From an uncultured bacterium (GTDB lineage Bacteria > Hydrothermota > UBA3073 > NMUJ01), in NCBI GenBank assembly GCA_965612795.1, contig CBFDTI010000012.1, positions 1-22,605 on the forward strand: a stretch of DNA of 22,605 nt. Direction: 5' to 3'. Shown here in pieces: positions 16,858 through 22,605 of this stretch. The notes beneath the pieces were generated by a model that did no database searches, was not told the origin of the DNA, and worked only from the letters and a program-made list of their open reading frames with translations. A program made the position numbers and the translations under genes. How positions within the stretch are numbered: position 1 is the stretch's first letter; each line of letters begins with the position of its first letter.

Positions 16858-18067
16858 GAAGCGAGGCGAACCACTCACGGAGGATGAGATAGCGTACGTT
16901 GTACGAGGATATGTTAGTGGTGAGATACCAGATTATCAAGTGGCAGCATTGTTGATGGCAGTATACTTCAGGGGTATGGATGAACGCGAGACGTTTGTAC
17001 TCACATGTGAGTTCATCAAGTCAGGGGTTACGCTCGAGCTCGATGATATACCGGGGTTGAAGGTGGATAAACATTCCACCGGCGGGGTGGGTGATAAGGT
17101 ATCGCTGATAGTGGCACCATGGTTGGCAAGTATGGGGTTGGTGGTACCCATGATATCGGGTAGGGGGTTAGGCCATACCGGAGGGACGTTGGATAAGCTC
17201 GAATCCATACCGGGGGTGAGGACGGATTTCACGGTGGAGGAGTTCAAACAGCTATTGCGTGACCATCGTGTGGCAATAGTGGGGCAAACCGATGATATAG
17301 TGCCTGCGGATAGGAAGTTCTACGAGCTACGTGATATCACATCAACCGTGGATTCGCTACCGTTGATGGTTGCCAGCATAATGAGTAAAAAGTTGGTAGA
17401 GGATCTCGATGTGCTGGTGCTGGATGTAAAATGTGGTACGGGTGCGTTCATGAAGACACGTGATGCAGCTGAACAGCTGGCAAGCTTATTGGTTAAAGTA
17501 GGTCAATCCTATGGGGTGAAGACAGATGCGGTGATAACGAACATGGATGTACCATTGGGTAGATGTGTAGGTAATACGCTTGAGATGAAGGAAGCTATCG
17601 AATTTATGCGTGATGGTAAGATGGAGGAGGATCTAAAGCATGTGGTGATAACGATCATCGAAAGGGTGCTCGAGCTTGCGGGTATGGAGATGGATTACTG
17701 GCGGTACCTTGAGTCAGGTGCGGTATATGAGAAGTTTGTCGAACTTGTGGCTGCACAGGGTGGTGATACATCATACGTTGAGGATACGGGTAAGTTGAGG
17801 ACCGCAAACCATGTGGTGGAGCTCAAAGCATGGGAGACGGGTAACCTTCTAAGCATGGATACCGAACGTATAGGGTGGTTAGCTAACCACCTGGGGGCGG
17901 GTAGGTTCAAGAAAGGTGATAAGATCAACCATGCAGTAGGGTTTGTTTTCTGGCACAAAACTGGTGACATACACAGAGGCGATGTCATCGCCGAAATACA
18001 TGCAGATGACAGAGAGTTAGCTGAATGGGTGAGGGATGAGCTACGTAAAGCGATAAAGATTGGATGA
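16826..18067 (+). CDS. pdp: Pyrimidine-nucleoside/thymidine phosphorylase
   Basis: DKHSTGGVGDK, SGRGLGHTGGTLDKLESIPG, SIMSKK, DVKCGTGAFMK and LGAGR. SD GGAGGAG precedes ATG 16826. Confidence 0.95.
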   Translation: MPNLKEIIERKKRGEPLTEDEIAYVVRGYVSGEIPDYQVAALLMAVYFRGMDERETFVLTCEFIKSGVTLELDDIPGLKVDKHSTGGVGDKVSLIVAPWLASMGLVVPMISGRGLGHTGGTLDKLESIPGVRTDFTVEEFKQLLRDHRVAIVGQTDDIVPADRKFYELRDITSTVDSLPLMVASIMSKKLVEDLDVLVLDVKCGTGAFMKTRDAAEQLASLLVKVGQSYGVKTDAVITNMDVPLGRCVGNTLEMKEAIEFMRDGKMEEDLKHVVITIIERVLELAGMEMDYWRYLESGAVYEKFVELVAAQGGDTSYVEDTGKLRTANHVVELKAWETGNLLSMDTERIGWLANHLGAGRFKKGDKINHAVGFVFWHKTGDIHRGDVIAEIHADDRELAEWVRDELRKAIKIG

Positions 18068-18101
18068 AATAACCATTCCAGGGGAAAAGGTTTTGATTGG
18101 C

Positions 18102-18130
18102 TTGACGGAACTAAGATGTTTATCTATACT
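18102..18130 (+). promoter_or_regulatory. Sigma70-type promoter for the S41 peptidase gene
   Basis: TTGACG 18102-18107, 17-nt spacer, TATACT 18125-18130. Confidence 0.6.
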
Positions 18131-18208
18131 TGGTTGAAAAGAAAGACGAAATTGATATGATGATGTCGGAGACTGCATTCAATCCATGAGAGTGAAAAGG
18201 AGGAAGAA

Positions 18209-20044
18209 ATAATATTTGTAATAGTATTATTTGCAAGCTCGGTTTTGGAGGGACAGGTCTTTGCTACATTATCTCTAAAAGATGTAGAAGATATACAGGC
18301 GCTGATATCAAGTGGCTACGAGTTATTTGATAAAGGCTATGTTGATAGTGCATATAGATGCTTTGAGAAGATCATAAAAATGGATTCTACCATTGCAGCA
18401 GGATACTATCATACGGGTTGCTTATATGCAAAAGAAAGTAAGGATAGCGTAGCAATAACCTGGCTATGTCGTGCTCTGAAAAAGAAGATGTGCTTCGTAA
18501 CATATAGATGGGCACTATGCCTTGACCCAGATTGGAGAGAATTAAGGAAAAAATCGATATGGAAAAAGATTTACAATGCACTGGATATGAAAATCAAAAA
18601 TTTACTATCACTTGCTGATTCTGTAGGGATTTTCAAAAAAGATGTATATCTTGAGCTCGCAAGAATATATAGCGCAAGGAGGGATACAGGTAACACAATA
18701 AGATATTTGAAACTGGCACTTGAGCATGGACTGAGTAATCTAGCTGTTATAAGGGGAGATTATGATTTTGAACCAGTGAGTGATACATTGCAAAAAGTTG
18801 CAAAAAGTATAATCGAAGAAAGGCATAAATGGACTGGAACGGTTGAGCAGAAAATTTATGGATTAATGCTGGTACACTCTGCAATAAAGTATAATTGTGC
18901 TGCACTATGGTTGGCTGATTTCGATGATTGGGACAGTGAAGTACAAAGGTATATCCCACTCGTAGTAAAGGCAAAAACAAAATTGGAATATTATCGCATT
19001 CTCGAAAAATTAGTGGCAAGCATCAATGACGACCATACTCGGATAATATATCCATCTGATGTCTATAAAAAACTGGATAAACCTCCACTCAAAGTTATTA
19101 ACATAGAAGGTAAATTTTATATTGAGAAAGTACTTTCACCCGAATTGGTGAAAAGTGGTATAAAGCCTGGCATGGAAATAATCGAGATAAATGGTATCCC
19201 TGTTCACGAATATGCAAAAGATAGTGTCTATCTGTATATTCCTCAGAAACCAAAACACTCAGCAGATTGGGATTGTGCAAGGAGGTTGCTTACGGGCAAA
19301 AAAGGAACAGAGATAAGATTAGCATTACGAGATTGCAAAGGTAAAGTAAGTACTTTCAGAGTGAAGAGAAATGCTAAAGATATAGTAAAAGAAGAAGAGA
19401 AGCCATTAGTGGAGATGAAGAAATTTCCTGGCAATATTATTTACTTTAAAATTGGGGGATTTTGGGGTGATGTGGTGGATAAATTTTTGGAACATTTTAA
19501 GAAATTAAACCTGGATAAAGTAAAAGGGATGATAATTGATGTGCGTGAAAATCCAGGCGGAAACAGTGGTTTAGGTGATGAGATAATCTCTTACCTCATC
19601 GATAAGCCGGTGAGGAATTATGTAGGTATGTATTCGCCTGTTTACATTCCGCTGCGAAAAGCAAGAGCAAGCTACCCCAAAATAATGTTGAACTTGAGTA
19701 GTAAAGGTAGATTAATTTTCCCCGCAAAAGATAAAAGATATATAGGTCCACTCGTTATACTTACATCCCCGGGAACAGGTAGTGCAGCAGAAGATTTTGT
19801 CCGTCCATTTAAGGAATCCGGGCGCGCCACTATCATTGGTATGCCGACATCGGGTGGAACAGGCAACCCATTATATGTATACTTGCCAGGTGGAGGGATA
19901 CTGAGAGTTTGTGTGAATACAGAGCCATTTGTGGGCAAAGGAATAATGCCTGACATTTTGGTCTTCCCAACCCAGAAGGACATAGCAGAAGGCAAAGACA
20001 GAATACTTAATAAGGCACTTGAAATCCTTAGGCACAAAAATTAA
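18209..20044 (+). CDS. TPR-containing S41 family peptidase (PDZ plus catalytic domain); 5' end anomalous
   Basis: TPR helices at the N-terminus, NDDHT, a PDZ-like segment, IIDVRENPGGN, catalytic TGSAAEDF, IIG.PTSG and GI.PDI. An in-frame hydrophobic stretch IIFVIVLFASSVLEG starts at 18209, upstream of the TTG at 18245. Confidence 0.85.
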   Translation: MIFVIVLFASSVLEGQVFATLSLKDVEDIQALISSGYELFDKGYVDSAYRCFEKIIKMDSTIAAGYYHTGCLYAKESKDSVAITWLCRALKKKMCFVTYRWALCLDPDWRELRKKSIWKKIYNALDMKIKNLLSLADSVGIFKKDVYLELARIYSARRDTGNTIRYLKLALEHGLSNLAVIRGDYDFEPVSDTLQKVAKSIIEERHKWTGTVEQKIYGLMLVHSAIKYNCAALWLADFDDWDSEVQRYIPLVVKAKTKLEYYRILEKLVASINDDHTRIIYPSDVYKKLDKPPLKVINIEGKFYIEKVLSPELVKSGIKPGMEIIEINGIPVHEYAKDSVYLYIPQKPKHSADWDCARRLLTGKKGTEIRLALRDCKGKVSTFRVKRNAKDIVKEEEKPLVEMKKFPGNIIYFKIGGFWGDVVDKFLEHFKKLNLDKVKGMIIDVRENPGGNSGLGDEIISYLIDKPVRNYVGMYSPVYIPLRKARASYPKIMLNLSSKGRLIFPAKDKRYIGPLVILTSPGTGSAAEDFVRPFKESGRATIIGMPTSGGTGNPLYVYLPGGGILRVCVNTEPFVGKGIMPDILVFPTQKDIAEGKDRILNKALEILRHKN

Positions 20045-20189
20045 AGAGACTTCTGAAAAGCTTCCTATTACATTAATAAAAAGGGGAAAGCGCTTTTCCA
20101 TTTTATCCTTGACTTTTACTCCTATCTGCTATGTATTACTATCAATGCGCAATGGCTCAATACAGGATGCAAAATCGCCTTCTGTCAGA

Positions 20190-20236
20190 TTTGACTTTTG
20201 CACTTCGCAATCTTCATTTTGCAATTGCCGTAAGGC
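20190..20236. repeat. Degenerate heptamer tandem repeat followed by a small GNRA hairpin
   Basis: TTTGACT TTTGCAC TTCGCAA TCTTCAT TTTGCAA (20190-20224), then GCC-GTAA-GGC (20227-20236). Confidence 0.5.
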
Positions 20237-20349
20237 TATTAAGGCGCTACGTGGAGTTATCACACTTTGACAGGGCTACACCAAACCGCCCTATTGCAGG
20301 TTGATTCTTGAACTTTAGAAGCTCTAACTGCAAGATTTTTAGAAAACTA

Positions 20350-20394
20350 TTGACAAAGTTAGGAATACCTAATATAATTAAATTAACCTAATTA
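20350..20394 (+). promoter_or_regulatory. Consensus sigma70 promoter overlapped by DtxR/MntR-type operators
   Basis: TTGACA 20350-20355, 17 nt, TATAAT 20373-20378. Palindrome TTAGG-AATA-CCTAA at 20359-20372 and a second degenerate box TTAAA-TTAA-CCTAA at 20378-20391. Confidence 0.75.
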
Positions 20395-20406
20395 AGGAGG
20401 TGGCGG

Positions 20407-20487
20407 ATGGTGCAGGATGTTTCGGCTATCAGCCATTCGCTGAAGGATTATCTGCGGAGCATTTTTATAATTAAACAAGGGGGAAAG
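20407..20487 (+). pseudogene. N-terminal remnant (27 codons) of a DtxR/MntR-family metal-dependent repressor, fused in frame to the next gene
   Basis: SD AAGGAGG precedes ATG 20407. SHSLKDYLRSIFII resembles the DtxR first helix SxSxEDYLxAIYxL, and the operator boxes lie directly upstream. Confidence 0.55.
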
Positions 20488-21465
20488 ATGAAAAAGTATG
20501 CATTGGTTATGGTTTTAGGAGGTATTCTCATCTTTTCAGTCATTGAGAATGTCTTTGCGGAAGAGACTGTCGGCTGTCCTCACGCTGTGGGTAAGGGCAA
20601 ATTCAAGATTCGTGGTAAAGTAGCATATATCCAAGCCTCAAAATGCTACTCTGATGAAGTATGGAAGGCGCTCCACAGTGGTTCGCCATACTCGTTAGAT
20701 TATGACAAAATGGTGGATTTGCCCGATGGTTGGCATCTGAGGAAAACCAGAATTGTAATGGGGTTGGAGTATGGGATCATTGATAGGTTAAGTGTGGGAG
20801 CCCTTATCCCGTATGTGGTGAAAGATCTAAAGAGGCAAGTCTGGTCGAAGCAAGCGAATAAAACTGTGTGGAAGGAAGTCAAGGATAACGGGCTTGAGGA
20901 TCTCTGGCTCTCAGCCAAATATTTGGTATATTCAAAATCCCCCGGCTTGTTGGGTTTTGATTGGAAGGATGGCCTTTTCCTCGCCTTTAGCTACAAACCC
21001 TCTATCAGTTCCGATGGGAAGATAAAAAATGGTATAGGAAGCGGGACAGAGGATTTCAAAGTCGTGGTTCTCTCTCATCCTCACCTTACCGAAAACCTCT
21101 TCCTCTGTAGCGATGTATGGTATCAATACAGGGGAAAGGTTAAGGAGATAGATGGCTTTTCCAAGTCGGGTTGGGATCTGGGAGATAAGTTTGGATATCG
21201 CCTCTTCGTCGGCTATGAGTTTGACAAATTCGCTATAGTCGGTGGCCCACAGGGATGGATTGCCAGAAGCAACAAAGACAAGGACGGAAATGAACTTGAA
21301 GACAGCGACACATATTCCCATGGAATAGTAGTAAAGTTACGTTGGATGCCATTTGGGGATGAGGAAGCAGGCTCTATAGACCTTGGTATAAGGATACTTT
21401 ATGCAAATAAGACTGCCTTTGCTCCTGATTTTATGTCGGCTATTTGTGGTAGAATAAAATTCTGA
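20488..21465 (+). CDS. Exported, probable outer-membrane beta-barrel protein
   Basis: Purine-rich SD-like AAGGGGG precedes ATG 20488. Signal peptide MKKYALVMVLGGILIFSVIENVFA, amphipathic aromatic strands (GLEYGIIDRLSVG, GLEDLWLSAKY), and a C-terminal Phe. Confidence 0.7.
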   Translation: MKKYALVMVLGGILIFSVIENVFAEETVGCPHAVGKGKFKIRGKVAYIQASKCYSDEVWKALHSGSPYSLDYDKMVDLPDGWHLRKTRIVMGLEYGIIDRLSVGALIPYVVKDLKRQVWSKQANKTVWKEVKDNGLEDLWLSAKYLVYSKSPGLLGFDWKDGLFLAFSYKPSISSDGKIKNGIGSGTEDFKVVVLSHPHLTENLFLCSDVWYQYRGKVKEIDGFSKSGWDLGDKFGYRLFVGYEFDKFAIVGGPQGWIARSNKDKDGNELEDSDTYSHGIVVKLRWMPFGDEEAGSIDLGIRILYANKTAFAPDFMSAICGRIKF

Positions 21466-21486
21466 CGAAAGAATTAGCGAAACAGC

Positions 21487-21559
21487 ACCTAATAGCGGGT
21501 ATGCGGTTCGTGGAGTTTACCCAAACCTTACGGGCTTCGCATACCGCCAAGTGTTAGAT
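21487..21559 (+). mobile_element. Integron attC-like recombination site (solo, degenerate)
   Basis: R'' ACCTAAT (consensus RYYYAAC, last base altered), arms GCGGGTATGCG/CGCATACCGC, an imperfect inner stem, and R' GTTAGAT (GTTRRRY). It is 73 bp and starts 21 nt after a stop codon. Confidence 0.65.
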
Positions 21560-21814
21560 GATATGGCGAGCTTGCTAAATAGTAGGATAACTAATATAAT
21601 AACATTATGGGCGGTATGATTCTATACTGAGACCCCCGGGGGATACGATAGATTTGTCAAGAAAAAAATCTTTTAAAAATAGTCTTGACCTCTGCTTTTC
21701 TTTAGCTATATATTATATAATGTTAAACGATAATAAACTCTGGCAGGTACAAAAGGAGTTAAAAATAATGACCCTCGGGGAGACCACAAAATATTTAAAA
21801 AGAGGTGAAAAAAC

Positions 21815-21997
21815 ATGAGCAGGGCAACAAAGAATAATTGTCGTCCAGAGGGGAGTATATGCGAACCATTGGCATATCTTCCCAAATTGGTTGGTATATA
21901 CGACAGTTCGGATATGAGCGAATTAAGCGACATTTGTGAGGCTGTGTTAAATGGAGATAAGCTAAATGGAGAAAATACAATTAAAAAGACTGGTTGA
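21815..21997 (+). CDS. Small hypothetical protein (60 aa)
   Basis: Good SD GAGGTG before the ATG and a candidate promoter TTGACC-18-TATATT at 21685-21714. No recognisable family. Confidence 0.4.
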   Translation: MSRATKNNCRPEGSICEPLAYLPKLVGIYDSSDMSELSDICEAVLNGDKLNGENTIKKTG

Positions 21998-22605
21998 ACA
22001 TTGCGTTGACATTACGTCATCTATAATAATTCCTGAAATTACACCTAAAGGTTGTATTTTGGTTCGAAGTCCAGACGGAACGGTATATGAAGACGATGTT
22101 ACTACGCATCATTTAGTAGAGTTATTAACGCAACTAGATTCAGAAAGATTTTCATCCATAATCAAATCTGCAATAGAGTGGTTTGTAAAAGAAAGAAGCG
22201 ATCTTCACAATCCTTTTTTTGTGGATACAATAATCTCCGCTAGGAGTATATCTGATAAGGATATCAAAAAATTAATTGAAAAAAGTATATTGCTTCGAAA
22301 AAGAAAAAGTGGGTTAATTTATATGTACGCTGCCTTTCTGGACGGAGGAGATATTTTTTCTACGTTATGGGCGACAAAAATTCTTTTATCAACGCCTATT
22401 AAAAATGAATATTCTGAAACAATAAAGGAAGCTTTAGTTGCTGTATGGAAAAACTGGAACGATATTCATAGAACATCATTTAAAGGCTTCTTTTTAGAGC
22501 TTTTACTTAAAGCGAAAATAGATAATGATTTGCCCAATCCTAAAACAGTTATAGACGAGATAATTCACGAACAAAGAGAGAATTATTTATGGGATAGCTC
22601 ATATC
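21966..22605 (+). CDS. Hypothetical protein, possibly prenyltransferase/terpene-cyclase-like alpha/alpha toroid (runs off the 3' end; absent from the ORF track)
   Basis: Manual translation gives 213 open codons, MEKIQLKRLVEHCVDIT...SAIEWFVKE...GGDIFSTLWATKILL...IIHEQRENYLWDSSY. SD GGAG lies 9 nt upstream. Confidence 0.7.
   Translation, partial: MEKIQLKRLVEHCVDITSSIIIPEITPKGCILVRSPDGTVYEDDVTTHHLVELLTQLDSERFSSIIKSAIEWFVKERSDLHNPFFVDTIISARSISDKDIKKLIEKSILLRKRKSGLIYMYAAFLDGGDIFSTLWATKILLSTPIKNEYSETIKEALVAVWKNWNDIHRTSFKGFFLELLLKAKIDNDLPNPKTVIDEIIHEQRENYLWDSSY

Noticed and set aside
20019..20270. 83-aa ORF after the S41 gene
   Set aside because: It has a TTG start inside the previous gene, no SD, and runs through repeat-like spacer DNA.
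20045..20325. Possible MITE terminal inverted repeats AGAGACTTCTGAAAAG / CTTTAGAAGCTCT
   Set aside because: The alignment needs two gaps in 16 nt, and no target-site duplication is evident.
20322..20364. CTCTAAC...GTTAGGA as a second attC marking the cassette start
   Set aside because: It is only about 43 bp, both ends deviate from consensus, and the sequence is better explained by the promoter and operator.
141..21980. Many short antisense or alternate-frame ORFs in the track
   Set aside because: They shadow well-supported genes or lack SD and recognisable motifs. Only 5742-6011 is accepted on the minus strand.
1..22605. CRISPR arrays, tRNA/rRNA genes, transposase or integrase genes
   Set aside because: No regularly spaced repeats, cloverleaf or rRNA-like sequence, or recombinase motifs were seen by eye.

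Overview
Bacterial chromosome segment. The gene set (alternative GlmU-like protein, DUF2851, FlgD/T9SS-type C-terminal domain, archaeal-like MBL, radical SAM and EndoQ) suggests an uncultured anaerobic diderm such as WOR-3/TA06 or FCB-like; this is an inference only. Positions 1-18067 are mostly core genes, nearly all on the + strand: gcvPA (3' part), MBL hydrolase, GlmU-like/DUF2851/recG, a convergent RRM protein, an ICMT-family methyltransferase plus an Lgt-like gene, a secreted six-repeat protein, a radical SAM protein, and a tightly coupled run of hisS, endoQ, a degenerate ackA paralog, ackA, deoC and pdp. From about 18070 the sequence is more AT-rich and accessory-looking. It holds a TPR-S41 peptidase with a broken 5' end, a probable outer-membrane beta-barrel behind DtxR-type operators and a 27-codon DtxR remnant, a solo attC-like site, two small ORFs, and an ORF with prenyltransferase/terpene-cyclase-like motifs that runs off the end. 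The most interesting signals are the probable pseudo-acetate kinase coupled to an intact AckA in a deoxynucleoside catabolism operon, the DtxR-regulated channel gene followed by attC, EndoQ with a beta-clamp motif, and the ICMT+Lgt pair.
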